NCBI RefSeq assembly: GCF_006345805.1
Contig: NC_043005.1
Span: forward strand, 15,128,001 to 15,192,000
Length of the DNA: 64,000 nucleotides
Direction of reading: 5' to 3'
Source: Octopus sinensis
Taxonomy: Eukaryota
How positions within the stretch are numbered: position 1 is the stretch's first letter; every line of letters begins with the position of its first letter. Positions 1-12,780 of this stretch are shown here, piece after piece. The translations under genes were made by a program, and so were the position numbers. The notes below the pieces were generated by a model, which did no database searches, was not told the origin of the DNA, and saw nothing but the letters and a program-made list of their open reading frames with translations.

Positions 1-465
1 TTTTAAAAAATATATTTGAACAGTTTCAAAAGTATTTATATGTTAATGCTCACTTTTTATAAAAGAAAAAGACAAATCATATTGAATTATCATCTGTTAT
101 GAATAAAATCACTTTTCTACCTCTGAGTCATGTTTGTTTATTTCTACATAAAATCCTTTTTGGAACAGGGTCTTGTCTACTATTTTGGTACTATTTGCTT
201 AAATGTAGTTGATCCAACACTTCATGGGGGCAGAGCAACAAGGAGACACTGAATTCACTGCTACAAGATGAAGTAAAACAAACTATGCTGCTGTTTACAG
301 TGGTCAGTTCTACAGCCATGGGATGTACCTGTAGCAGCATAAGCAATCAGCACCATATTGGATGAGATCTTGCGGCAGCCTTTGCCATCTCTGAGACTGG
401 ATCGAGACCTCACCTGCATCCATTTCCCATGTGCGAGATCCCAACGAGGCTTGCAAGGACAAACT

Positions 466-866
466 CTTACTCTTTTACTTGTTTCAGTCATTTGACTGTG
501 GCCATGCTGGAGCACCGCCTTTAGTCGAGCAAATCGACCCCGGGACTTATTCTTTGTAAGCCCAGTACTTATTCTATCGGTCTCTTTTGCCGAACTGCTA
601 AGTGACGGGGACGTAAACACATCAGCATCGGTTGTCAAGCAATGCTAGGGGGACAAACACAGACACACAAACACACACACGTACATACACATATGTATAC
701 ATATATACGACAGGCTTCTTTCAGTTTCCGTCTACCAAATCCACTCACAAGGCATTGGTCGGCCCAGGGCTATAGCAGAAGACACTTGCCCAAGATGCCA
801 TGCAGTGGGACTGAACCCGGAACTATGTGGTTGGTTAGCAAGCTACTTACCACACAGCCACTCCTG
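466..866 (-). mobile_element. SINE family A (tRNA-derived head, CORE-like segment, internal (TA/TG)n, AAAAGAGT tail)
   Basis: A-box TGGCTGTGTGG, B-box GGTTCAGTCCC and CCTTGGGCAAGTG core. About 15 near-identical copies occur in the window. Confidence 0.9.
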
Positions 867-1821
867 TATATAAGGGTAAAACAGATTGAGATTCTTTCTC
901 TCTCTTGCCGCCTCTTTTCTGCCTCTCAGCAGCAGCACTGGTTGAGTGCACTCCATTGGCTGTACCTGTCTGTATGTTGTATCTCCAGAGGCAATGTGCC
1001 CGCACTAACGGAGCTACAACACAACGCACACAGCTAAAGACGGTTGCTGAAAGCAAAGAGCACACTTCACCTATCCTGTGAAACCTGTAAATAAACCAGT
1101 TGTAAATTGCATTTGTACTTGAAGTCTTCTCTCTTCGCCTGCCGGAGCCTGAACTACACGAAAAACAAAAGAGATAATGGAAGAAGGTGATATTCTCCTG
1201 ATATCGTAAACCTTGCCTTCCATTATATATCTATTTAGAACTAATCAAACTGAGTTGCAAAGTTGAAACAGTAGAAAAACCTATCATTGGCTGCATCAAC
1301 AAATAGCAAATATGAAATGCATTTGCAAAACAGAATTGATTAATTTGCTGCATGGAAGAGAAAACTGATATGTTTCAGGAAGAGAGTACTTCATCAGGTG
1401 TAAGAAATTATTGGTTATACTAAATTACATATATAGTTTGTTTTGGTACTGAAGTGACGGAGAGTAAGAACTGGTTTCTGCCTCTGTATGAAGCTTGGTA
1501 TTGTCACATGTCAGGAAAAGTTACTTTTAGTAGGTAGAAGAGAAAATCGAAGTGACAGCCATAAGCAATGAAGTTAAGGATTAGTCAAGGAGCGGAATGG
1601 AGATGATGAATATAAATGGGAAAAAAAAAGATTGGGGTGCAGTGGGAAGGAATGTAGTCAAAGATCAAAGGAGGAAAAAAAATAGTCACTGTCTGGCAGT
1701 ATTGTTAACTTATATGCTTATCTCTGTATCAACATTTCACATTGCAATTGTTGGGGTATAGTGGGAGGTTTTTCTAGCGTTGAAGAGAGAGAAATATGGT
1801 TAGTTAGGATGTAGCAATATT

Positions 1822-2055
1822 CCTTTCTTTACTAACCACAAGGGGCTAAACACAGAGAGGACAAACAATGACAGACAAACAGATTAAGTCGATTATATCG
1901 ATCCCAGTACGTAACTGGTTCTTATTTAATCGACCCTGAAAGGATGAAAGGCAAAGTCGACCTCAGCAGAATTTGAACTCAGAACGTAGCGGCAGACGAA
2001 ATACTGATAAGCATTTCGCCCGGCGTGCTAACGATTCTGCCAGCTCGCCGCCTTT
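1822..2055 (-). mobile_element. SINE family B, full length
   Basis: tRNA-like head (AGCTGGCAGAATCGTTAG; GAGTTCAAATTC). 12-bp TSD tgtagcaatatt at 1810-1821 and 2056-2067. Confidence 0.9.
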
Positions 2056-2884
2056 TGTAGCAATATTGTTTATGCTTTCATGTGCTCACCATATCAACCA
2101 AAATAGGAATTGTTAAATTGCCAATAAGTTAAAGAGAGGAAAGAAACTGGGACACATTTATTATTATTATTATTATTATCTGGTTTTCCATATTTGGAGG
2201 TACAGGAAGAGCCACAAGATGATTTCTCATATCAAAAGCTAATTAAGGAAGAGCCTGGATGGTTGAAATGTTGAGCTTTGATCTTGGAGAGTGACGGGGG
2301 TGGTATTGTTCCAGATATCAAGGATATATTTGCAGAAATAATTTAACTTGTTGGCAAGTAATATAGTATACAAGGCTGATAGAGGTGCACTTTGTGATTT
2401 GAAAGTGGATTTGTGGGGCTGGTTATGAAGGTTCTGGTGATGACATCAGCCTGTTTGTGAGGAAGTGTTTCCATAACTCTAAACTATTCAAATTCGAAAA
2501 TCATTTCAAATGCCACGTCATCTCTAACTGATTATTCCATATACCTCTACAATTCTGGAATTGTAAACCAAAATCTTTTATTCCAAATCATAAAAGCACT
2601 GGTTCCTGTTTACATCAATTTATATAGAGCAAAAAACAAAAAACAAAAGAGAAAAATAAAAGGAAAATAAAAAATTGTACTCTGTTAGTCAGCAGAACTG
2701 GTTTCAGTTCCTCTCACATGATTAAGGAATGGATACACTTGGTGCAGGAATTTGTATAGTGACAGAAATGGCATAGCTTCAGTGTTTTTCAAGGTCTTCT
2801 CAAATAATTTATCAAGAAAAAAGTTTTGAAAATAATATATGTAAATTACATATCATTATGAACATGTTATTAGAAATTGTGGGG

Positions 2885-3750
2885 ATGAGATAAGCCATTG
2901 TAATGAAACTAAAGCATGCAGAGTGAAGCCACTTGGCAAAGATTGACCATGAACTCTGCTGTACATGTGCACAAAGTTTTAATGTTTTAGCTCACTTCTG
3001 CTGTTTACAGCAGTGCTTGGAAGGAAGGTGTGTAGCATGTGATCATCGCATTGACTATGACAGAAAAAGTTGTCATGGTGATACCTGCTCAGAGGCCTAC
3101 ACAAAGTTGTATGGGGAGGAGTATATGAGACACACACAAGTGTATGAGTGGTTCAGACGTTTCCAAGATGGCTGAAAAAATGTTGGTATTGACAAAGGTT
3201 CTGGGAGACCCGCAACCAGTAGAACTGAGAAAAACCTTACAGATGTGCATGCAGCTGTGAGGAGAAATCATTGAATAACCATCTGTGAGTTATCAGAGGA
3301 TGTTCAGATTAGTTATGGTTCAGTTCAGTCCAATATAATTGAAGATTTGGGTATGAGAAGCATATCTTCCAAGTTTGTGCAAAAACTGCTTTCAGTTGAC
3401 CAAAAAGACCCTCAGGTTTCAGTCACACAAGATCTCCTTGATTGTGTTGAGAATGATGAAAACTTTTTGAGAACTTTGCATAGGCCTCTGAGCAGGTATT
3501 GCTAAGCTTTTGGCACAATTTGATGCAAATTCTCTGCTCAACTTCCTCTGTCATGGTGAATGCGATGATCACATGCTACACACCTTCCTTTCAAGCACTG
3601 CTGTAAACAGCGGTAGAGAGCTAGAACATTAAAACTTAGTGCACATGCATAACAGAGTTCAAGGTCAGTCTGTGTCAAGCGGCTTTACTCTGCATGCTTC
3701 AGTTTCGTTACTATGGCAACAGTCCGAATACTTATTGATCTGACCATGTA
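2885..3750 (+). mobile_element. Internally deleted mariner element with about 190-bp terminal inverted repeats
   Basis: Decayed transposase N-terminus VYEWFRRFQDG..SGRP..SRTE..ITICELSEDV.ISYGSVQ..EDLGMR..SKFVQKLL (HTH plus WVPxxL-like motif). About 2890-3065 is the reverse complement of about 3555-3725. Confidence 0.85.
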
Positions 3751-4242
3751 TTCAAGAAAGAATTAAATAAAAGAAGGTAAAAGAATATTGAAAAATAATG
3801 AAACATTTAATAGATCAAAACACATTAGTTTTTAACTATTTATGTTTCTATACACAACAGACTACAGTCTGGAAATTTTGACATTTCTAGTAAATGCTAC
3901 ATTTTCATATGTGGGATATCGGTGGAATCCTCTTGGTATAACAAACTGACTTTGGTCAGCAAAAATCTTTATCCTTGACAGCTCCCCACATCTAAAAACA
4001 GCTTGGAACTGATCGTATGGGAAAAGGTTTGTAATATTGTAAAAGAAACTAACTTATTAAAATTAGGATATAAAAAAGGATAAAAACCCTTCCTGAGTCA
4101 TATAAACTCATAGGGCCAATTTCTGTGGCTTATATATTCCCCACCTGGATGGGGTGCCTGTCCTTTGCAGGGTTACTCATTTTTACTAGCTGAGTGAACT
4201 GTAGCAACATGAAATGAAATGTTTTGCTCAAGAACACATTGT

Positions 4243-5066
4243 GTCGCCCGGTCCAGGAATTGAAACCACAATCTTACGATCATGAGTCCTACACCCTAAA
4301 ATAAAATATTAAAACTAAACAGAGAAAAATAGAAAAGAATATTCGTTCATAAATTTTCTTAAAACAAATTTCAAGAACAGAGATTCATAATTTTCTTTTC
4401 ATTTTGTAATAAATTTACTTCATTTAAAAGAAAGGGAAAAAGATCCCTTTTGGTCATGAATGACCATGGGATTGCACCTAGAAAGTTCCCCTCTGAGGCA
4501 CAAGTCTGGGCAAGGTTGTTTATGGAAGACTAGCAGTCGCCCATGCATATCAACCTCTCCTCTCTACACCACTGATGTTATCCAAGGGAGAGGCAAAGAC
4601 TGATATAGCTTGGGACCAGTGATGTCGCCTGGTCCAGGAACTGAAACCACAACCTTACTATCAAGAGTTCTACATCCTAAAATAAAATATTAAAACTAAA
4701 CAGAAAAATGGAAAAGAATATGGATCAATCTCAGTCACAGATTTTAAAATTAATTTTGTTTTAACTAAGCAGTTTGAAACTTTGGATACTGGTTGAATGT
4801 GTTAGGTAGAACATGGTTTATACTTAATGCTTTTGACAAAATTTTGTATTTTAGAAGTTATTTCGTGTTAAAGTTGTCGTATTTGGGTAATTTTAACCAA
4901 TCAATGACATGTATTCAGCTGAAGAAAGTTGCTGCTGTTTGTGAAAGTAATGGAAGAGCAACAACTTCCAGGTCATAGGGTCATGAAAGAGAGGGAGAGA
5001 GGTGGGAGATAAATATAAAAGATAAGAAAGGTGAGTGAGAAAAACACAAAGTTCTTTTATAGGGAA

Positions 5067-5122
<56 letters not shown>

Positions 5123-5387
5123 TGTGTGTGTGTGCATGTATATTTTTTTCCATCTTATCCAATGTGTCCTCTTGTTTGTATAATGTTAGCATGTGAGATT
5201 GAGAGAGATTTGGCTGTTATTTCCAGCAAATTGCAGAGGGAGAGAGAGAATGGAGAGAGTGGTGGTGTGTTGACAATCTGAACAACAGCTTATATAAACT
5301 TACCAATCCCCTACTACTGCATATTAATTTATTAAACCCTCTCCTTTTCCTTGCTTCCATTTGGGATTTTATCAGCTTTGCATATGA

Positions 5388-5434
<47 letters not shown>

Positions 5435-6660
5435 ATGGACAGCAGAAACGCTGCATGAACAACTGTCATCAACTTCACAATCCCCCTCTCTCCTTAAAGC
5501 TATGTATTCCTCACACCCACCTCCCTTTCCTTTCCTCAGCATTCTAAAAGTTGCATGTGTGTGTATGTATTGGTGTGTGTGTGTATATATGTATACATGT
5601 GTCTGTGTATTTACATACATATATGTATGCAGTGTCCAAAACAGATCACCTGGATCTTGTTGCTCTCCCATTACTTTTGCAAACAGCAGCAACTTTCTTC
5701 AGCTGCATACACATCATTGATTGGTTAAAATTACCCAAATACGACAACTTTAACACGAAATAACTTCTAAAATACAAAATTAAGAGTAAACCGTGTTCTA
5801 CGTGACACATTCAACCAGTATCCAAAGTTTCAAACTGTTTAGTTTAAAAAATTAATTAAAAAATCTGTGACTGAGATTGAAAAGATCCTAGAATATTTGT
5901 TCATAAATTTTCTTAAAACAAATTTCAGAACAGAGATCCATAATTTTCTTTTCATTTTGTAATAAATTTACTTCACTTAAAAGAAATGTAAAAAGATCCC
6001 CTTTGGTCATAAATAACCACAGGATTGCACCTAGAGAGTTCCCCTCCGAAGCACAAGTCTGGTCAAGGTTGTTTATAGAAGACTAGCAGTCACCCATGCA
6101 TATCAACCTGCCTTCTCCACACCACTGATGGTATCCAATGGTGGAGCAAAGACCAGTATAGCTTGGGACCAGTGATGTTGCCCGGTCCAGGAACTGAAAC
6201 CACAACCTTACTATCAAGAGTCCTACATCCTAAAATAAAATATTAAAACTAAACAGAAAAATGGAAAAGAATATGGATCAATCTCAGTCACAGATTTTAA
6301 AATTAATTTTGTTTTAACTAAGCAGTTTGAAACTTTGGAAACTGGTTGAATGTGTTAGGTAGGACATGGTTTACACTTAATGCTTATTTCGTGTTAAAGT
6401 TGTCGTATTTGGGTAATTTTGACCAGTCAATGACATGTATTCAGCTGAAGAAAGTTGCTGCTGTTTGTGAAAGTAATGGAAGAGCAACAACTTCCAGGTC
6501 ATAGGGTCATGAAAGAGAGGGAGAGAGGTGAGAGAAAAGTATAAAAGATAAGAAAGCTGGGTGAGAAAAACCTCCCCTCTCCACACCACTGATGTTATCC
6601 AAGGGTGAAGCAAAGACTGATATAGCTTGGGACCAGTGATGATGTCGCAACTTATTTCTA
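4243..6660. repeat. Local tandem triplication of an approximately 380-bp unit built from SINE pieces
   Basis: Unit starts (gtcgcc.ggtccagga..tgaaaccacaa) at about 4243, 4624 and 6177. Units 2 and 3 carry a MITE at the same position; unit 1 does not. Confidence 0.85.
4722..5888. mobile_element. Non-autonomous DNA transposon (MITE), GGATC..GATCC termini, about 250-bp TIRs, 8-bp TSD (Merlin- or MULE-like)
   Basis: 4722-4976 is the inverted complement of 5645-5888. TSD aagaatat/tagaatat (4714-4721, 5889-5896). An empty site is present in the adjacent tandem unit. Confidence 0.88.
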
Positions 6661-6745
6661 CAGCTGAGGAAACTGCTCAAGAACACAACACAGCCTGGAC
6701 CAGGAATCAAACTCACTACCTCATGAATGTGAGCCTGACACTCTA
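6570..6745 (-). mobile_element. SINE family E (tRNA-like head), partial; body copies at about 4440-4625, 5990-6175 and 23155-23245
   Basis: Minus-strand head TGGCTCAGTGGTTAGAGTG..GAGTTTGATTCC; the body is repeated elsewhere in the window. Confidence 0.7.
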
Positions 6746-6793
6746 ACCACTGAGCCATGCACCTTCATTCAAAAGAACATATATACATACATA

Positions 6794-6939
6794 GGCGCAG
6801 GAGTGGCTGTGTGGTAAGTAGCTTGTTTACCAACCACATGATTCCGGGTTCAGTCCCACTGTGTGGCACCTTGGGCAAGTGTCTTCTACTATAGCCTTGT
6901 GAGTGGATTTGGTAGACGGAAACTGAAAGAAGCCCGTCG

Positions 6940-6974
<35 letters not shown>

Positions 6975-7188
6975 GCGTGTGTGTGTTTGTGTGTCTGTGT
7001 TTGTTCCCCTAGCATTGCTTGACAACCAATGCTGGTGTGTTTATGTCTCCGTTACTTAGCGGTTCGGCAAAAGAGACCGATAGAATAAGTACTGGGCTTA
7101 CAAAAGAATAAGTCCCGGGGTCGAGTTTCTTGATTAAAGGTGGTGCTCCAGCATGGCCGCAGTCAAATGACTGAAACAAGTAAAAGAG
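6794..7188 (+). mobile_element. SINE family A, full length
   Basis: ggcgcaggagtggctgtgtgg head through caagtaaaagag tail. Confidence 0.9.
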
Positions 7189-7479
7189 AAAGATATATTT
7201 ACATACAGGCAGACAGACAGACAAGAAAAAAAGCAAGTGGGGTGTGGGTGTGGGGTGGATTCAAAGATTAAAGTAAAGACAAGTGATAGAACACTTTTGC
7301 TTGACTTTATGAAGTTACATGTTCTTTGTTTGTGACAAACTGTTTGGTAATAAATACATTTTAAAATTGCTGTAAGGAAATAATCAATGGAGGAAACTAG
7401 AGTGGACTGTGTCTCTGAGTTATCTAGGCTCCTTGAGTATTCAGTGAGAGGTCAAGGTAGAAATAGGGATAGACAGGCA

Positions 7480-8380
<901 letters not shown>

Positions 8381-8385
8381 ATAGT

Positions 8386-8670
8386 GGATCTTTTCCTTTT
8401 GAACGGCAGTTTTCAACACAATTTCTAGTTAACTAGTTAATCAGAAAGACAGCTAGACAGACAGGGCGATCTTTCGGTACAAGTACCATAACTGCCACGT
8501 GTGTTTGTTTACATTTGAAGAAGAAGATCGTCACTCTCCGTAAAGTGGTTTTTTTCATATGGGGGGTGGGGGTTAGGGTTAGGGTTAGGGGTGTTGGAAA
8601 AGGGTTTCTTTTTTCTTCAGAAATATAAACAAACCCACGTGGGTTTATAATTGGCAGTATATAAAGGTTT
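8386..8670. mobile_element. Rearranged fragments of the GGATC MITE family containing (TTAGGG)3
   Basis: 8386-8430 matches the left TIR of 44579. 8575-8635 is the reverse complement of about 44830-44885. TTAGGG x3 at 8573-8590. Confidence 0.7.
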
Positions 8671-8972
8671 ATTTGAAGAAGAATTTAAAGAACATCCATA
8701 ATTTTGTTTCCATTCTGTAATAAATATACTTCTTTGATGATTTTATTTATATTTTCAAATGTCATAGCTTAATGATTTTAACGACCGTAATGAGAAATAT
8801 GTGTGGCTATGTAGGTACTTACATTGCCCTCTGGACACCAATGTGGTCAGAAAAATACTATTGAAAGAGGACATCTATAGACTATTGATAAAGAGTTCGC
8901 AAATTCAGGGCTAAAGATACGGTTTCGGTTTCATTCCTATCATCACTGGAGCCACAAGAAACGTATCAACCT

Positions 8973-9397
8973 ATTACTTTACTATCCACAAGGGACTAAA
9001 CACAGAGAGGACAAACAAGGACGGACAAACGGATTAAGTCGATTATATCGACCCCAGTGCGTAACTGATACTTATTTAATCGACCCCTAAAGGATGAAAG
9101 GCAAAGTCGACTTCTGCGGAATTTGAACTCAGAACGTAGCGGCAGACGAAATACCTATTTCTATTTCTTTATTACCCACAAAGGGGCCAAACACAAAGGG
9201 TACAAACAAGGACAGACATAGGTATTAAGGCGATTACATCGCCCCCAGTGCGTAACTGGTACTTAATTTATCGACCCCGAAAGGATGAAAAGCAAAGTCG
9301 ACCTCGGTGGAATTTGAACTCACAACGTAACGGCAGACGAAATACTGCTAAGCATTTCGCCCGGCGTGCTAACGATCCTGCCAGCTCGCCGCCTTAG
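8973..9397 (-). mobile_element. SINE family B dimer (one head, two bodies) within a single TSD
   Basis: 17-bp TSD aagaaacgtatcaacct at 8956-8972 and 9398-9414. Internal junction gacgaaatacctatttc at about 9146-9160. Confidence 0.9.
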
Positions 9398-9518
9398 AAG
9401 AAACGTATCAACCTGCCTGGAACAAAGTATGACTGAACTTGAGTTCTTGTGGGAGAAAATGAAACACCTAAATTCATACCCTGCAAGATATTTTTGTTAG
9501 ATTTAAAGGACGATGAAG

Positions 9519-9860
9519 AAAACTGCACCCATCTAACACCCGTGGACATATTTACAAAGTCAGAAAACAGCACAGCTCCCATGACTTCAGGAAACATTTT
9601 TTCACGCTGAGGGTTGCTGAAGCATGGAACAAACTGCCGGCATCAGTTGTTAGTTGTCGGAGCACTGCATCCTTCAAAACTTCCATGCTTCCTGAGATTC
9701 GCCAACACTACACCTGATTTTCTCCCCTCCATACACACACAGGCATCTATCTGACTCATACATTGTTCGCTTTCCAGACATTTGTACATTACTGCATATA
9801 CTCTGACAAGTTGTGGTGCACCTGAGCACTGTATACAATAATTTCATTATATATTATTAT
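9519..9860 (+). mobile_element. CR1-clade LINE 3' end (5'-truncated)
   Basis: Encodes an ORF2 C-terminus (..GHIYKVRKQHSSHDFRKHFF.LRVAEAWNKLP..), then 3' UTR and an (ATT)n tail. Confidence 0.85.
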
Positions 9861-10758
9861 AAAACAAGATGCTTTTCTTTACATCCTTACTGTCAAGCAT
9901 AAGATCGGTCAAGATTAAAAAGAAGAAAAGAAAACATATATAGAAAGAGAACGATCTATTTGGTTGCGAACAAAATCGCAAGTTATGTTTCAGTTCACAA
10001 AAAATTATAACGATTGTTTAAATAAATGAGAATAAAAATGGAAACTAAATAATTCTTTAAATTAACATCACATATTTAATCATCAAAACGACAACGTCAA
10101 TGCAGGGGAAGTAACTCATTGTTATTCCCATATTTTTAACTCCCTTTGACTGTCTTTTTAGCAGTGTGTGTGGTGTGTGTGTTTACGGGTGCATCCGTGT
10201 TGTCAACGACAAATATTTTGTGATTCATTTATCGGTGGGTAGTAGGAGTACTTAAAACAAGAGTTTAATTTTTCTTATTTTTTTAACAACAATTTATAAT
10301 ATTACATATGATATCGCTCGGTATATAGTGAGTGATCCTTTGTATATGGTAAACGCTTAGAATTTTCAGTAAATCATTTTAAGTAATTCTGGATTAGAAC
10401 GAAAGTATATTTTGAGCAACAGAACTTTTGTAATTGTGTTGGTTAGAGATTTGTAATTACAATGAAAATATAAAGAAACTGATAAAACAGTTTGCTGGAC
10501 GAAAATTCAGAGAAATCTCAGCAAGAACCCTGTAGAAGAAGAGACAGGGAGTTATTAGGGAATTTTTATGAGACAATCTGCTGTGAACAACAGACTAGAT
10601 CTATGGTTTGAACAAGATCCAACCTGATGGAAGGTGTCATAGTACTGGAATGGTACAGTAGATAGAGCTATAAAGGTTAATAGATGAACTTAGAAAGATT
10701 GGAAGAGAAGCTTCACATCTGTTTAGTATACTTAGCAAAGCTTAAAGTTAAGAGGGTT

Positions 10759-11166
10759 ACTCTTTTACTCTATTACTTGTTTCAGTCATTTGACTGCGGC
10801 CATGCTGGAGCACCGCCTTTAGTCGAGCAAATCGACCCCAGGACTTATTCTTTGGAAGCCTAGTACTTATTCTATCAGTTGTTTTTTGCCAAAACTCTAA
10901 GTTACGGGGATGTAAACTCACCAGCATCAGTTGTCAAGCGATGTTGGGGGGACAAACACAGACACACAAACATTCACACACACACATATATATACATATA
11001 TACGACAGGCTTCTTTCAGTTTCCGTCAACCAAATTCACTCACAAGGCTTTGGTCGGCCCAAGGCTATAATAGAAGACACTAGCCGAAGGTGCCACGTAG
11101 TGGAACTGAACCCGGAACCATGTGGTTGGTAAGCAAGGTACCTACTACACAGCCACTCCTGCACCT
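10759..11166 (-). mobile_element. SINE family A, full length
   Basis: Same consensus as 6794-7188, reverse orientation. Confidence 0.9.
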
Positions 11167-11299
11167 ATGTTGTCAATGTTCTGTGATGAGAAGATTAAAG
11201 GTGTGAGGTGTTCTGGATTGCAAGGTAGTGTATTGGTGTGAAGCAAGACATTGTTGGGGAAAAGTGAATTTGAAATGGCTGGTGCATTTATCGTTGCTG

Positions 11300-12780
11300 G
11301 TATTCAGAAAAAGCGGGCTTGGAGATGTTATGAGAATTGATAAAAGGAGAGAATGTGTGAGAGAAAGAACTATTTGAGGGATCAGCTACTGAAGTTGATA
11401 GTTATATAGTCAAATGCATGATTACAGATCTGAAGGCTGGGAGGGCAGAAGACCATCAGGGACAGTAACTGAGATGCTGAAAATATCCGTAAAGTACAAT
11501 ATTATGACAGGGGTTAGTCATTCACAGAATGAATCAGGTAGTGCAAGGAGGAAAGAGTATCACTGGGATAGCAAGATTATTATCAACGGATACAAGAGCA
11601 AGTGGAGGCACGTGGCTTAGTGGTTAGGGTGTCAGCATCATGATCGTAAGATTGTGGTTTCGATTCCTGGACCAGGCGACGCGTTGTGTTCTTGAGCAAA
11701 ACACTTCATTTCACGTTGCTCCAGTCCACTCAGCTGGCAAAAATGAGTAACGCTGCGATGGACTGGTGTCCCGTCCAGGTGGGGAACACATACACCATTG
11801 AAACCGAGAAACCAGGCCCATTTAAAAGGGTGCATTTATTTTTTTTATACAAGAGCAAAGGTGATGCTCCAGAAAAGAGCATCAAAGTGATCTTTCTTTC
11901 TTGATACAGAGGCATCAGACAGATGAATCAAGTTCTGAAAGTAACATTTATTAAGAAGAAAATTAGCTTAAATTAGATGCAATTTGGGTTCGTGACAAGA
12001 CAGGATACCATTGATGCTTTTTTACTGATTTCTTAGCAAGAAAAATACATAATTTATTAGCTTGAGAAAACCACTATACCTAGCATTTGTTGATCTGGGG
12101 AAGGCCTTTGATGAGGTACCATACTTTGTAGTCTGATGTTCACTAATAAAGCTAAATGAAGATGAACGGCTTGTCAGAGCTGTGCAAACTATGCTCAGAG
12201 ATGCTGTCAGTAAAGTGAGTACTGACAATGAGTTCAATGAAGAATTTAGTATGATGGCAGGTGTCTATCAGAAATCAATTTTCAGCCCCTTCCTGTTACA
12301 GCTTTTGAGACCATAACAAGAAATTCCATGTATTGGGGAAAAGCCTAGAATCAAGAGACCTGCTTGTAAACCTAATAAAAACAAAAGTTTTATTTAGTAG
12401 GGCAGAAGACAAAATCCTATTGTCACCTGGGAATGACTATGCTAAACAAGCAGAGAAGGAATAGGTAAGAATTCCATACAGTGTACTCGATGTAAGAAAT
12501 GGCTGCATAAAATGTGTAAAAGAGTCACAGAATGGCTGGCAGCAAAGGAAGATTTCATAAATTGGAAATGCACCTTGGTAGTTAGATGTAAGAACACCAA
12601 TGAAATAAATTCTTTCAAATGCTTGTAAAGTTCCCCAGAAGTAGATGGTAGCTTATGTTACTGAGATGATCTAATTAGCAGCAGAATTAGATGTTCTAAA
12701 AGTATAGTAGTCAGAGTAAGAATGGAGAGGAAAAAGTTTAGAAAGCTATCCTCTCTGCTGGGAGAGAGCTTAGAGAGCTA
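11300..12780 (+). mobile_element. Decayed RTE-clade LINE reverse transcriptase fragment
   Basis: Broken frames read ..YKSKGDA.., MQFGF..TIDAF.., PLYLAFVDLGKAFDEVP, LVRAVQTM.RDAVSKV and GIGKNSIQCTRCKKWLHKMC. Many stops and frameshifts. Confidence 0.8.
11602..11846 (+). mobile_element. SINE family C2, nested in the RTE relic
   Basis: Head gtggaggcacgtggcttagtggttagg..ggtttcgattcc. 12-bp TSD atacaagagcaa at 11590-11601 and 11847-11858. Confidence 0.88.

Noticed and set aside
642-1037. Recurring ORFs such as MLGGQTQTHKH.. and MSSNARGTNTDTQT.. (also at about 6.8, 10.9, 13.4, 20.8, 32.4, 39.7, 40.0 and 46.5 kb)
   Set aside because: Antisense readings of SINE family A, not a gene family.
4243-6660. 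Tandem units or SINE clusters as a CRISPR-like array
   Set aside because: Units are hundreds of bp of SINE-derived sequence with no short repeat and unique spacer pattern, in a eukaryotic context.
6794-6870. tRNA-like A and B boxes at SINE heads
   Set aside because: They continue directly into SINE bodies and lack a complete cloverleaf, so they are not tRNA genes.
8573-8590. (TTAGGG)3 as a telomere or fusion scar
   Set aside because: Only three units, embedded in a MITE-related sequence with a homologue at 44863-44883.
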